NCBI RefSeq assembly: GCF_006345805.1
Contig: NC_043008.1
Coordinates: 36,456,001 to 36,520,000 of the forward strand
Source of the DNA: Octopus sinensis
Lineage: Eukaryota
Direction of reading: 5' to 3'
DNA: 64,000 bases
The notes below the pieces were generated by a model. That model made no database searches. It saw nothing but the letters and a program-made list of their open reading frames with translations, and was not told where the DNA came from. Made by a program: the position numbers and the translations under genes. Below, one piece after another: positions 1-14,590 of the stretch. Position 1 is the first letter of the stretch, and each line of letters opens with the position of its first letter.

Positions 1-690
1 ATGTTGCCCGCAGAATGTGCTCATGGATCCTCAGAACTTTTCAATCTAGGGATCATGAAACCATCATCCTCCTCTTCCCCACATTCGCTAGGCTCCACCT
101 CGAATACTGATGCCCATTGTGGTCCCCCTACATAAAACAAGAAATAAAGATCAGTCACTAAAAAAATAAATGGCATGATGAGACTTGATTATTGGGCTCG
201 ACTTAAACAGCTGAAACTCTATTCTCTACAACGCATCGGTGAGCGATACATTATTTACACCATGGGGGATATTTTCCCCCAATATTATCCAAATGATATC
301 GGTATTATGCTTACAATTCACTCAAGACTTGGCCCCCGTGCAATGCTTCCCGTACAAACGTCGAGATCACATCATATAAGAACACTGCGACACAATTGCT
401 TCACTGCAAATGGTCCTTATCTTTTTAATGTTATCCCGATAGATATTTAATTAGAAAAAAAAACCCCGCACAACTTTCAAACGGTACCTGGACAAATTTT
501 TCCAGGAAATACCGGATAAAACACCTACACCTGGATTCGTTTCAACTAACAACAACTCTCTGGTTGAGTAGTCCATGGTGTCTCGAAATAATTGACTAAA
601 AGACTTTTCTAGGTGGCGCTACTGACTTAGTCATGGCTGGGCCGATAATGGCCAAAACAAATCTAAGTTATCTAAGTTATTAAGTTATGT
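1..690 (+). mobile_element. 3' end of a CR1-like non-LTR retrotransposon (degenerate RT C-terminus, 3'UTR, short tandem tail)
   Basis: Frameshifted translation gives ARRMCSWILRTFQSRD...HLEY*CPLWSPY...LDYWARLKQLKLYSLQR..ERY, matching the CR1-group post-RT motif. Ends in a (CTAAGTTA)-like tandem tail at ~662-687. Confidence 0.85.
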
Positions 691-694
691 ATAT

Positions 695-759
<65 letters not shown>

Positions 760-772
760 TATATATATATAT

Positions 773-812
<40 letters not shown>

Positions 813-1163
813 TGGGAGAGAGAGAGAGAGGTTATATTCAAACGTAATATTTCTCAGTGACCTCATGGTGCACTGTAAAGTAAAAATAAAATTACGGAAG
901 AACTCTACGCACTTACAAGAAAAAAAAATGATCTTTAAGATTTAAAGAAGAAAGAAGAAACAGTTTTTACTTTCTCATTGTTGTATGGGACCAGACTTGA
1001 ACATAAAGTAAACGTATACAGTAATATGCCTTTTTAACTCTCTCGGATGGTTTGTATGAATTTTCTGAAGATTTAAATATTTTGAAGAATCTACGCCGCT
1101 CTCAGACATAACTTGTATTGCGCTAACTGCGATACAGTTTCTAAAGTTATGTACATGTGCGCA

Positions 1164-1249
<86 letters not shown>

Positions 1250-1357
1250 GAGTGTGAGTGTGTGCATGTGTATGCATACGCGCACACACACACACTTACA
1301 CACACCGTATATACATACATACATAATATATATATAATATATATATATATATATTAT

Positions 1358-1410
<53 letters not shown>

Positions 1411-1411
<1 letters not shown>

Positions 1412-1712
1412 TGGAGGCGCAATGGCCCAGTGGTTAGGACAGCGAACTCGCGGTTGTACGATCGCAGTTTCGATTCCCAGACCGGGCGTTGTGAGCGTTT
1501 ATTGAGCGAAAACACCTAAAGCTCCACGCAGCTCCGGCAGGGGGTTGTGGCGATCCCTGCTGTACTCTTTCGCCACAACTTTCTCTCACTCTTTCTTCTG
1601 TTGGCCTGCTCACTTAGCCAGCGGGGTGGCGTCATTCGAAGGCTAAAACAATGCGAAACGCATTGTGACCAACGATGCGTAGCAACATCTGATAGCCTGG
1701 TTGGTCACGGTG
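1411..1712 (+). mobile_element. tRNA-derived SINE, family A
   Basis: Head GGAGGCGCAATGGCCCAGTGGTTAGG..GTTTCGATTCCCAGACC with A/B-box-like motifs; many copies in the window. Confidence 0.85.
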
Positions 1713-2122
1713 ATCACAGTGATATATAGATATATAGATATATAGATATACACACGCACACATTTAAGTGTATGTGTGTGTGTGTATGTGAATATGTGTG
1801 TGTGCGTGTTTGTGTGTGTGTGTGTGTGAATATGTGTGTGTGCGTGTTTGTGTGTGTGTGTGTATGTGAATATGTGTGTGTGCGTCTTTGTGTGTGTGTG
1901 TGTGTGAATATGTGTGTGTGCGTGTTTGTGTGTGTATGTGAATATGTGTGTGTGCGTGTATGTGTGTGTGTGTATGTGATTATGTGTGTGTGCGTGTTTG
2001 TGTGTGTGTGTGTGTGTTGTGTGTGTGTGTGTGAATATGTGTGTGTGCGTGTTTGTGTGTGTATGTGAATATGTGTGTGTGCGTGTTTGTGCGTGTGTGT
2101 GTGTATGTGTGTGTGTGTGAAA

Positions 2123-2427
2123 AGACGTCGCTTAGTGTTTAACGTATTCGGTTCACGATCGTAAGATCATGAGTTCGCTGTGTCCTTGATTAAGACAATT
2201 TAATTTAGGTGGCTTCAGTCCAATCAGTTGGTAAAACTGAGTTGTGCCAGTAATTCAAAGGGACAGCGTTGTCCCATTCTGTGTGACGCTGAATCTCCCC
2301 GAAGACTGCTTCAACGGTATGCGATTCTGTGCAGTGCTCATCCATATGTACGTTAATTTCACGAGTTGGCTATTCCGTTGATCGGATCAACCGAAACACG
2401 CATCGTCGTAAGCGACGGAATGCCAGT

Positions 2428-2430
<3 letters not shown>
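2123..2430 (+). mobile_element. Diverged family A SINE
   Basis: Tail ACGTTAATTTCACGAG..GTTGATCGGATCAACCG..CGTAAGCGACGGA matches the full-length copy at 25775-26159. Confidence 0.7.
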
Positions 2431-2458
<28 letters not shown>

Positions 2459-2459
2459 C

Positions 2460-2677
2460 TACCCACAAGGGGCTAAACACAGAGGGGACAAACAAGGACA
2501 GACAAACGGATTAAGTCGATTATATCGACCCCAGAGCGTAACTGGTACTTAATTTATCGACCCCGAAAGGATGAAAGGCAAAGTCGACCTCAGCGGAATT
2601 TGAACTCAGAACGTAACGGCAGACGAAATACGGCTACGCATTTCGCCCGGCGTGCTAACGTTTCTGGCAGCTCGCCT
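2460..2677 (-). mobile_element. tRNA-derived SINE, family B
   Basis: Reverse complement of GGCGAGCTGGCAGAAACGTTAGCACGCCGGGCG..GTTCAAATTCCGC..CTTTCATCCTTTCGGGGTCGATAAATTAAGTACCAG..CCCCTTGTGGGTAG. Confidence 0.9.
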
Positions 2678-2679
2678 TA

Positions 2680-2890
2680 ATTCACAAAAAACAAAAGACG
2701 AAGACAGGTAGTGTACACAACAAACAGATGTATTAGTATAACGCTCGGGAAGTGAAAAAGTCTTTAACGTTTCGAGCCTACGCTCTTCCACAGAAAAGAA
2801 CACAGAAAGAAACAAGGAGGGAACATAAAGAATGTGTAGTGACTAGCGATCTATCATGGCGAAGGCCGGACAGAAGGGTCACACAGGAGA
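2680..2890 (-). repeat. Family D short interspersed repeat with a hammerhead-like core (Penelope pLTR-derived)
   Basis: Homologous to 20640-20760, 40595-40800 and 56510-56605. Minus strand reads CTGTGGA-A-GAGC-GTAG-GCTC-GAAA-CGT-TA. Confidence 0.7.
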
Positions 2891-3559
2891 GCTATGGAGA
2901 AGGGGCGATAATAAAGTAGTGGTGATCCCAAAACGAAGGTGGGCGTGCGTGTGTATAAGAGTGTTTGTATGTGCACGTGGAAGAGGGCCGGTGATCTTGA
3001 CGTGTGCGTGTGTGTATGTGTAAGTGTGAAAATGTGGGTCTGGGAAGTGGTCAGTACTGATGTGTGCGTGGTGGTGTGTTGTGATGTGATATGTTGTGTG
3101 GTATGGTGGTGTAAGGTGTAGTGGTGTGTGATGTAGTGTGATGGTGTTGGGAGGTGGAGGAGGTGGGAATGGGGAAAGCAAGAGTGGGGTGTGGGTTAGG
3201 TTGAGGGTGGAGTAGAGGTGGGGTGTGGGTAAGCGGAAAGTGGGGATAAAGGTGGGGTATGTGGGAGTGGGTGCAAATATATATGATATCTTTACAGTGA
3301 CTCGATTTCTCAAAAGCGACACAGTCGAAACTTCGAGAACACTGTCAGCCTTTTTTAATGTTAAAATATAATACGTATGGTGAAGTAAAAACTTAATATA
3401 TAATTATGACATTATATATATATATATTTATATATATATATATTTATATATATAATATATATTATATATATATATGTGTGTGTGTGTGGTGTGTATGTAT
3501 ATAAATAACGTCAAATATAAACAAACATGTTTCCTTTTCAAATGCTGAAATGTATTGTA

Positions 3560-3684
3560 GTACAAGTAGAAAGATAAATTTTTCAACGCGTAAGTACTGA
3601 TAGAACAGCATATATAGGATAAAATCCTATATAAGCTGTCCTATCAGTACTTACACGTTGAAAAATATATCCTTCTACTGGTAC
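3560..3684. repeat. Near-perfect palindrome (61-bp arms, 3-nt loop)
   Basis: Arms aligned by eye with 6 mismatches; centre at 3622. Confidence 0.95.
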
Positions 3685-3834
3685 AATATATATATACATA
3701 CATACATACATACATACATACATACATACATACATACATACATACATACGTATATATATATATATATACATATGATATCTAAGATATTGAGTGATAGTTT
3801 GCTTAAAATGTCACACACACACACACACACACGT

Positions 3835-3867
<33 letters not shown>

Positions 3868-3946
3868 ACACAGAGGTAAAAATGAAAGAGTGCGTGCGTT
3901 ACATAAATCATATTTTCAGGATTAAATAAAAACACAACAAACGGAA

Positions 3947-5686
3947 ATAGAGATGCCCGGCGTTGCTCGTGCCACATGGAATTGAAGAATTAGACTTTTC
4001 TTTTATATTTTCTCTAATGAACTGGAATACCTATGATTCGAATTTCATCAAAACTGCAGATGAAGAATTTTCATGATGGCTTTTTCCCTCTTTACATACC
4101 CTAACAAAAATTCTAATCATGACACATTTATCCCATACTACTCAACTTTATGCCCAGATTCCAAAAGTCAAATCTTATGGAACCTGTTCAAAGGTTTTTG
4201 CTCCTGAAAAATGGAGCTTATGGAGCTCTAAGATGTGGGAGTTAAGGCCCCTATTGGGGGTAGGTGTCTTAAAGTCAACCGGAGAAGTTGAATTGTGGAG
4301 AATCTTTTTAACTTGGGTCTTATATCTATTGTTCAAATTTCTTTGAAATCGGAAATATATGTCTGTTCACTGGGTTTGTAAAAGAGAGCAAAGCTACAGG
4401 AAACCAAAAGACGAATGATCACAATAAGCAGTCAGCTACAGTACCCTAGTCGTTACCCCCCCCCCACTGTAGGATTCCTCACCATACAGGTGATGGTCGC
4501 AGCCGTAAGATGCATTACGGATCTATAGCAATTGGAAGGGCGCGACCCAACTCAAAACAACATTAACAACTATGTGACATGAGGGCTAAGGGGAAATGAA
4601 TGTGTCACCTCTGGAGTTTGCCAATGATCACTATGTCGATAGGTAACTGGACAGAATAAATTTGCTATCTATAAATGTCTTTGAATAACCAGTCACTTAT
4701 ATAGGAGGGCCTTGAGATCAATGCTACCATCTTGGGACTATCTATGACCCAGTGATAATAAGAAAACTCAAAGGAGGTCTGCAACCAAATAACTTTACTC
4801 AACACTTTGCAACTGAATCAGTGGAGGTAAAGATGCCTCTTCTCTACTTGACAATTTATGTGCCACATTGCAGAAATTACAATCTAGGTATATCTCAAAG
4901 AAAAGGTTTACACTGTTGTACCACTGAATAACAAATAACGCTCATCTTTTATGCTCGGGTGACCCTACAGCTTCCAAGAGTACAGTTGTACTCGTCTTGG
5001 CTTAGGAAAAATGACTAAATTGTGGGTGTTAAGCCCCATTAAGGAGTCGTACTAACTTCTAAGAAGTTGAAACCTTAGAAATATTACTTCATTTGTGTCT
5101 AATATCTCTGGCTAAAATTTTATCAACAGCAAAAATATATGAATTTTCATGGCGGTTGTGGCCTCATTTATGACCCCTCACTTTCAAAGATATACTGCAT
5201 TACATCTGTCTTTATGCATAGAATATAATTTCCAAATTTCATAGAGATCCTTTCAGTACTTTTGAGCTAGTTTTCGATCATAAAAAAATGACTAAAATTT
5301 GGGAGTTAAGGCCCCCATTAGTGGGGGTCTTAGAATCCTGAAGAGAAGCGGAAACTTTGGGAATACTTCTTGATGTGTGTCAGTTACCTATGGTTGAAAT
5401 TTCATAAACATCGGAAATTTATGAATTTTCATGGGGGCTTCTTCCTCCTTTAATCCACCCCAAATTGAAACCAAACATACTGTATTATACCCGCCATTAT
5501 GCATTGATTCTAAGTTCCAAATATCATAAGAATCCATTCATTAATTTTGGTCTATAATATTGTATGAAACCTTACACCCTAGGCTTTGATTTTGCGTTCC
5601 AAATTTCATTAGGATCGGTGCAGTAGTTTTCGAATGTATAAGTAACACACGGATACACATAAAAACATTGACTTCTATATAATAGA
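3947..5686 (-). mobile_element. Non-autonomous Helitron-like element with diverged internal ~150-bp repeats
   Basis: Minus strand starts TCTATTATATAG..ACTGCACCGATCCTAATGAAATTTGG and ends GCACGAGCAACGCCGGGCATCTCTAT, the same hairpin as the CTAG-ended copies at 20494 and 47464. Repeated units at ~4220, ~5010 and ~5285. Confidence 0.65.
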
Positions 5687-5728
5687 TATGAATATGCACA
5701 TATAAATATATGTATATGTGTGTGTTTA

Positions 5729-5859
<131 letters not shown>

Positions 5860-6406
5860 TTGTGATAAAACTGAGCCGAGGTTAATCTAAACCTCGGCCT
5901 AAGTTGAATAGCTGTAATCTAAGCTGACGTCTCAATTGCAATGAAAGAATCTCGTTTTGGTGTTGGAGACTGGCTGTCACTGCACTGGGAAGAAATTTGA
6001 AAATATGCTCTACAAATACGAAACTAAGTCTACCCAGTCAGGAAAGCTAGGCAGTTTTAGTCGAACGGAAACTTTATGGGGAAGTGTTTCTCTTTATCGG
6101 CAGAAAGCCTCGCAGTTGTATGGTTAGAATTCTGCACCGAAACTGTAACATAGATATCCCGGAGCATGTCTATTTCGAGCCAGTCACCATTATGTTTAAA
6201 TTTGTTGCTGGAAAATTTGTGAAACAGAAAAGAGCAACAAAGTACCCAGTTTGCGAAACAAATAAATATATAAAATAAGTAAATCAATAAAATGAAAGAC
6301 CAAATCCATAAATGAAATATAGAGAAGCAAGCAGGTCTGCACTTAGTTATTGTAATCAATCGATGACGATGTGAACTGATGTTGACGATATAAAATACAT
6401 CATTAG

Positions 6407-7023
6407 GCGGCGAACTGGCAGAAACGTTAGCGCGCCGGGCGAAATGCTTAGCAGTATTTCGTCTGTCGCTACATTCTGAGTTCAAATTCCGCCGAGGTGG
6501 ACTTTGCCTTTCATCCTTTCGGGGTCGATAAATTAAGTACCAGTTACGCAATGGGGTCGATGTAATCGACTTAATACCTATGTCTGTCCTTGTTTGTCCC
6601 CTCTGTGTTTAGTCCCTTGTGGGTAGTAAAGAAATAGGTATTTGTGGAGGCGCGTGGCTTAGTGGTTAGGGTGTCAGCATCATGATCGTAAGATTGCGAT
6701 TTCGATTCCTGGACCGAGCGAAGCGTTGTGCTCTTGAGCAAAATTATTTATTTCACGTTGCTCCAAAAAGAAAAAAAATGGCGGCGAGCTGGCAGAATCG
6801 TTAGCACGCCGGGCGAAATGCTTAGCAGTATTTCGTCTGCCGCTACGTTCTGAGTTCAAATTCCGCCGAGGTCGACTTTGCCTTTCATCCTTTCGGGGTC
6901 GATTAAATAAGTACCAGTTACGCACTGGAGTCGATATAATCGACTTAATCCGTTTGTCTGTCCTTGTTTGTCTGTCCTTGATTGTCCCCTCTATCTTTAG
7001 CCCCCAGTGGGCAGTAAAGAAAT
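6407..7023 (+). mobile_element. SINE cluster: family B (6407-6640), family A head (6643-6765), family B (6780-7023)
   Basis: Three abutting SINE segments recognisable from in-window copies. Confidence 0.9.
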
Positions 7024-8189
7024 ATATAATATACATCATTAGCAGCCGTCCTGAAATGTTTAGCATAGTCCAAACTCTGTAAGGACATGAAGTAGTACAA
7101 TGGTTACGAAATTTTCCCTAACAAAACCCGCTTTATTTTTATGAATTTTCTCACAAACCCCAAGATTTGAAAAGTGCTTCCTTCACAATAAGTTGAGTTT
7201 ATTAACTGACAACGAACATTTTTTCTCCAGTTTCATCCTTCATTTGAAAGATGTATGTAACTAAATAATTACACCTAATTCAGTAGTTTTTCATTTTACA
7301 CTGCAGTCTCTTAATATTTTGAAAGCAGCTCACGGATCCAATATTAGGAACTACTGATGTAGCAGATAAAAGATCACGTTATGGTGCAAGTAAGTAAAGG
7401 AGCCTGGCACGAGGTAGTTTCACTTGACAAAAATAACATCTAAATCTCTCTCAAATTATATCAAGACGTCTTCAAAAATGGAAACAGAAAATGTATTAAA
7501 GACAACTCCTAGATGTACAAAGAGCCCGAAATACCGAGTAGAAGGCATTTGGTCATAGATCTGATGAGTGGGAGAGAACCTGGGGAGAAACAAGCCACAA
7601 CAACAAGAATACAATGCAATTCGATGGGAAAATAGCCGGGTTTCAATAAGAAACCCGACACCCGACGAGAGCTGTTATAAATTCAAACGGAAAAATTGTC
7701 CCTGTAGGGAAAGTCACAGAAATCTGAAATGCAAGTATATTCAAAATATTGAAAGAAAAATAATTATAGAAATAGAAAACGGTTTTGAGAAATCAGCAAA
7801 ATGCAAATACCAAAGATCGGCTATAGTTATCTGGGACAAAATAATGGAAAATCTGCGTCTTTTTGAAAGTTAGTTGTTTAGTGAACATTAGCATTATTTC
7901 AGAAATAACTGAAGAGGAAAACTCCAATAAGGAAGGAAGTCAGTACTGAGTTAAGGCTCGGTCTCGAAAGGCCTGCGCTGCTAGGATAGTTCAGACGGAA
8001 TGAATGGGGACTCTGGAGTTTCTTCCTCTAGGTTTACAACTTCAATTAATAAATATGGTTTTAGTGCATTTGGAAAGAGTATGTTGATTATGAAATTAAA
8101 CAGCTCGGTAATGAGGAGAGTCGATTAATTGTGAAATAACAAATACAATCGGCTTAATCAAATGTAAAGAAATATGTAAGATACTCCCA

Positions 8190-8650
<461 letters not shown>

Positions 8651-8899
8651 AACAAATAAAAAGGTAATCGAGACAAATGCATTTTTGTGTGTGGATGTAG
8701 AAATTTATATCAAAAGATACGTGCACAAGTTTTTTCCCCGAAATCATTGGTGGATATATATATATATATATATATCTGTGAGTAGTGGGAACACACACAC
8801 ACACACACACCACACACACACACAAGCACACACATACACACACGCAAACACACTCACGCACACACATACATAATTGCATACAAACTACATGCATGAGAT

Positions 8900-9440
8900 A
8901 ACAACTAAATACCTGATAAACAAGAGAGATAAAGATATCACCAAACTTCCACTTTGTTATAGAAACCGTCGGCTCTACAATATTAGTTTGGAAGATGTCA
9001 GCCACGTCATTAGCAACTGATATCTGCCCCTGAGACACGATATAGTTGCAAAGGCTATTTAAAAAACCTATCTGCAGGAAGGGCTGTTCTGGCGCATACA
9101 TTACAGGCATATCAGAATTATATTCACACATTTAAAAACAAGGAATACCTGTGGAACACTCCAATAAAAAAAGTCACTTGGTGCAAATATAACAGGGGTG
9201 ATATTGCTCTGTTGGACAGGGGTGAGAGGACATGCGCTGTTGTTGAGATCAGCTGTCCAGTGGATGTCTATGTACAAGCAAAAGTCCAGGATAAAGAGAA
9301 CATTTGTGGTGAACTTATGCGGAACTTTTAACTCTTGTACCCTGACTACAAACTCTCATTTATACATATCACCATAGGCGCATTAGCCTATATATCTACA
9401 TATTTTAAAAAAACACATAAGAATGCTAGGTTTTTCAAAA
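8900..9440 (+). mobile_element. Degenerate C-terminus (zinc knuckle + restriction-like endonuclease) of an R4/Dong-related non-LTR element
   Basis: Broken frames read KYLINKRD..EDVSHVISN..LRHDIVAK..EYLWNTPIK..DIALLDRGERTCAVVEISCPVDV..K..KE..ELMRN..LYPDY..TIGALAY, an RLE-type motif series. Same family as 36960-37160. Confidence 0.7.
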
Positions 9441-9859
9441 AAAAGTAAACAAAAAAGGGGGGGGGGGTGCAAAAGAAATTGACGTGCATTTTCCAAATCC
9501 AATCCAATCTGTTGGCGGCCAACTGAAGATTTGTAAGATATTCCAAAGATTCCCCGTCTGAGTTTCTTTAGATAAATAGATGCACACGCTTGGGTGTGAG
9601 CATTGACAGTTCAACCACCACACCAACTCGACCACATGTTTACAAATATGGGGAACTCTCTTAAACTCAAAATGACCCATCTCTTTGTTAGCGGCCGGCT
9701 TAAACCCTCATAAGAGGAATTCAAATAAAACTCAAAGAAAAAAACGTAAATATTCATACATCCGTCCATACAGACATGTGTACACTTAAAAATACAGTCG
9801 TTAACCATAATTACATAAATATATACAGACTTCCTTACATGTACACCCATTCATCCATC

Positions 9860-10026
9860 CATCCATCGATACATACATACATACATACATACATACATAC
9901 ATACATACATACATACACACATACATACATACATACATACATACATACATACATACATACACACATACATACATACATACATGCATACATACATACATAC
10001 ATACATACATACATACATACATACAT

Positions 10027-10058
<32 letters not shown>

Positions 10059-10060
10059 TC
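9860..10060. repeat. (CATA)n/(CAGA)n microsatellite
   Basis: Directly visible. Confidence 0.95.
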
Positions 10061-10442
10061 AGGCAGACAGAAAGTGAATATTTATGGATAACAGTTCTGG
10101 ACTTATATCTTCTCTACGAAGGTTTGAAATCTATATTTGTAGATGTGATTATCGTTACACGTGATTTTGTTATAAAATGTTTAAAAACTAAATCGCGCAT
10201 GCGCACGCGCATACAAACAAAGAAAAAATAAAAAGAAAAAAGAAAGGAAAATGAAAAGAAAATAGAGACAAAGCGACAACCACAAAAACAACAACAACAA
10301 AAACAACAAAGAAAAGAAATGACCAGCTAACGCGCGCATTGGCAGATTGCAAATAAAATTTGTGAAAACGGAATAGTTAAAGTGCGTATCGCTTATTTAA
10401 AGTTTATCATGTAATACTTTGCTGTTACTGCCATATGGATTC

Positions 10443-10509
<67 letters not shown>

Positions 10510-10917
10510 TTGTTTCTTTGTTAGAAATCAGTTACCATATTTGATGTCGTACATATAAGACGCACTTTTTTCCGAAGAAAAAAAAAGCGTTTAACTAATG
10601 ACCCCAGGTCCTATCTATATAGGAAGCTAGGCCTAAATTACATGCTTTAAGGCAAAACTCATTTTTTTTTTTTCATCTGCAGAAATTGTGGTGCGTCTCA
10701 TATTTTTGGGGTAAGAATTCAAATAATTAGAAAAGTAATGCCCCCACCTACAAACATCACACACAACATCAGCAACAGTATGCGGCGTTGCCCGGGTTTA
10801 GAGAAGCCATCAGGAAGAAAAGAGTTTAGTTGTCTCTTTGAAAAGCTGTGTTCCCATGCAAATTTGGAGATACCTAGACACAAAATATGTGACCTACAAT
10901 GGTGTGCATGCATGCAT

Positions 10918-10956
<39 letters not shown>

Positions 10957-11074
10957 ATGTATGTATATAGACTTGGTATAATCTATGTGCGGTACATAAC
11001 CATGAGATTACGCAGAATTAAAGTTAGGTATCTGTTTGTTAAAAGTTTAGCTTACGCAAATAGATAGACATACA

Positions 11075-11110
<36 letters not shown>

Positions 11111-11842
11111 ACACACACACACACATAATGAATGCATACATACAAACACGCACACATACATAAATTGGCTCCCTCTTTAGTGGAAGAATTATAATAGTTA
11201 AAAAATAGAAGAGACATGCATATATATATACATATATGAGCATACACACATCTATATAATACATGCATGTGTTTATATATACATATATATATATATACAT
11301 ACATGCATATATATATATATATATATATGAGTGTGCATCAAAGAGAGAGAGAGAGAGAGAGAGAGAGGCAGACTGAAAGATAGACATATAGACATGTGTA
11401 ATTACATACATATATCTAAATATATGAATACATATATATATATATTCTTAAGTGTATGTAAATGAATATACTATACCAAAATTTATATATGTTCATTTAT
11501 ATAATATGTACACATACATGGCTACATATATACGCACACACATACACACATATACATCTGCATATACATATTTGAAAGTACTATAGACACTTGACATATA
11601 CACAAGGGAAAGAATAAAAGGATGAGAAGTGAGCGTGAGGCAGGAGAAAAAGAGATAAACACATCTTCATCTCTCTCTCTCTCACACACTAACTCGATGT
11701 ATATGCACATACATACACACGAACAGACACACAGACACACATAGATATATGCAGGCATACAAAAACACAAAATAACTATTTTAAAGTAAAAAATATTACG
11801 CACGTATACACACCCTTGCATATATATACACATTATTATATA

Positions 11843-11886
<44 letters not shown>

Positions 11887-12007
11887 TATTATACACATAT
11901 ATATATATAATATATATATATACATATTACATAAACATATATATACTTAATATATATGTATATATATATATATATACATTATATTAACGTTTCTATATGT
12001 TTATGTA

Positions 12008-12067
<60 letters not shown>

Positions 12068-12384
12068 TACATAAACATATATATACATTAATATATATGT
12101 ATATATATATACAGATATACATATATATATATATATGCATACATATATATATGTGTATATATATGTGTATATATATGTGTAATATATATATGTATGTGTG
12201 TGTGTATATATGTGTATATATGTATGTATGTCTGTATGTCTCTATGCCTCATGTATACAAATGCGCACTCGCAAATATGAATGAAATTAAGAATTAATAA
12301 AAGAAAAAAAAAAACTCACTCGATTTCTTTTGTAATTATAGTTTTCCTCGCTTACTCGTGGTAACAGTAGTAGTAGTAGCAGTG

Positions 12385-12428
<44 letters not shown>

Positions 12429-12674
12429 TTTTGTTGTTGTTGTTGTTATAGTGGTGATGGTGTTGGCGGCGTTGGTCACTGTGGCCGGTATTATTTTTGT
12501 TGTTGTTGTTGTTGTTTTAAGTTGAAGCTTGCTTGCTTGCTTTACACGGGGTTTCACTTTTTTATTCGTGTTATCATTTAGTACAGTTTGTTAGTGTTGT
12601 TGTTGCTGCTGTTGTCGCGTGCGTACGTGCGTGTTACGCGTGCCTCTGCGTACGCTTGCGTATATTATATATAC

Positions 12675-12719
<45 letters not shown>

Positions 12720-14063
12720 ACACATATATATATATATATATGAAACAGATAACGTGAGCGCGTATGCATGTGCACACATATATTTATGTGTGTGTGCGTG
12801 TGTAATTGAATCTGTTTGTGCGTATATTTATATATATTATTTTAATGTAATATGTCCCAGCTGTCCAGTGTCCGTGTGTCTTTAATTTCATCTGGTCTGT
12901 TTAGTGTGTCCGAACGGTCTTCACTGCTTTTAAAGTTGCCTTAACTATTTTTGCCTTGTTTTGGAATACTCTAGCACACGCCTCTTTCACTGAGTTACGT
13001 TGTTGTAGTCCAGCAGCTGTTGCGGAGCTGTTGAAGTTATTGGTGATGATGCTGCTAGTATCGGTAGTGGTTGTGGGTGGTTGTGTTGGTTGGCGGCGGT
13101 AGAGGGTGGTGATAGAGAAATTATGTGAAAGTGGGGGCGGGCTGTTGTTATATTCCTGTTGTTAGTGATTGTGATGGTGGTGGTGGTGGTGGTGGTGGTG
13201 GTGAGGTTGGAGGTCTTGGCAGTGTAGGTGATAGTAGATGGTGCGATTGTGATGGTGATGGTTGTGGGGTAGCGGTAGGGATTGCGAGTTGATAACGATG
13301 GTGGAGGTGGTGGTAGTGGTTGTGGCACCTGTGTGGAGGGTGGTTTTGGTATTGGTGTAGGTGTTGCTGTTGTTTGTGGAGTTGTTTGTTTAGGAGGTGT
13401 TTTGTGCCAGTGGTAGGGAATTGTAGTGGGTGGAAGAGGTTGTATTGCTTTGATGCTGGGAGCGTTGGTAGTGGTGGCCATTCAGAGAGCATATGGTATC
13501 AACACTGATAGAGCGGGTGTGAGTAGGGTGCAGGGAGAGAGGATGGTACCGTATTTGTAAGGGTAGTGGCGGCGATCGTAGTGACAGAGGGGTTAAAAGA
13601 TGACCACGATGGACCCCCGAAATACAGGGCCTCCCCGGATCTTAGGGTCCAATGCTAAATTATAAATGCTGCGTGGTTGCGTTTGTGGTGTCCCCAGTGT
13701 ACTGTTTGGGCCACTGGGGTGAGTTGGTCCTAAATAGCGATGGTCCAGTTGATTGAGAAAATGGTTGTGGTGGTCAGGGTTGTTGTAGTGGTGGTGGTTA
13801 TGGGGGGGGGATAGATATTTATTAGGGATAGTGGTGTGAGTGACGGAAGTTCAGCATCAATAGCCACAACAACAAAAGATAATGAGCTGAATTTAAAAAA
13901 ATTCAATTCAAACAATGCAATTGGACGAGATGAATACACAGACACAGACACACACACAACCAAACACATACACACACTCGCGCGCATACACATACACACT
14001 CAAAAGCTTACATAAATCCACATATATACACACAAACATACGTTTATATATACATACGTGCCT

Positions 14064-14590
14064 GTCGACTTTGCCTTTCATCCTTTCGGGGTCGATTAAA
14101 TAAGTACCAGTTACGCACCGGATCGATGTAATCGACTTAACCCCTTTGTCTGTCCTCTCTATGTTTAGCCCCTTGTGGGCAATAAAGAAACAAATATATA
14201 TATATACTCTTTTACTCTTTTACTTGTTTCAGTCATTTGACTGCGGCCATGCTGGAGCACCACCTTTAATCGAGCAACTCGATCCCGGGACTTATTCTTT
14301 GTAAGCCCAGTACTTATTCTATCGGTCTCTTTTGCCGATATAAACACACCAGCATCGGTTGTCAAGCAATGCTAGGGGGACAAACACAGACACACAAACA
14401 CATACGCACATATATATATATATACATATACACGACGGGCCTCTTTCAGTTTCCGTCTACCAAATCCACTAACAAGGCTTTGGTCGGCCCGAGGCTATAG
14501 TAGAAGACACTTGCGCAGGGTGCCACACAGTGGGACTGAACCCGGTATCATGTGGTTGGTAAGCAAGCTACTTACCACACAGCCACTCCA
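14064..14590. mobile_element. Family B 3' part (+, 14064-14190) and family C SINE (-, 14207-14590)
   Basis: Match to in-window consensus. Family C head AGGAGTGGCTGTGTGGTAAG..GGGTTCAGTCCCAC..GCAAGTGTCTTCTACTATAGCC has a segment resembling the CORE-SINE domain. Confidence 0.9.

Noticed and set aside
1411-1480. tRNA-like sequences here and at many other SINE heads
   Set aside because: They continue into SINE bodies and lack a complete cloverleaf, so they are not tRNA genes.
7329-7389. Possible exon LTDPILGTTDVADKRSRYGA with GTAAGT donor
   Set aside because: It needs a weak acceptor; the strong acceptor at 7306 gives stops in all three frames.
12987-13481. Pro/Thr-rich mucin-like ORF on the minus strand
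   Set aside because: Built from degenerate (ACC/ACA)n repeats with no splice or domain support.
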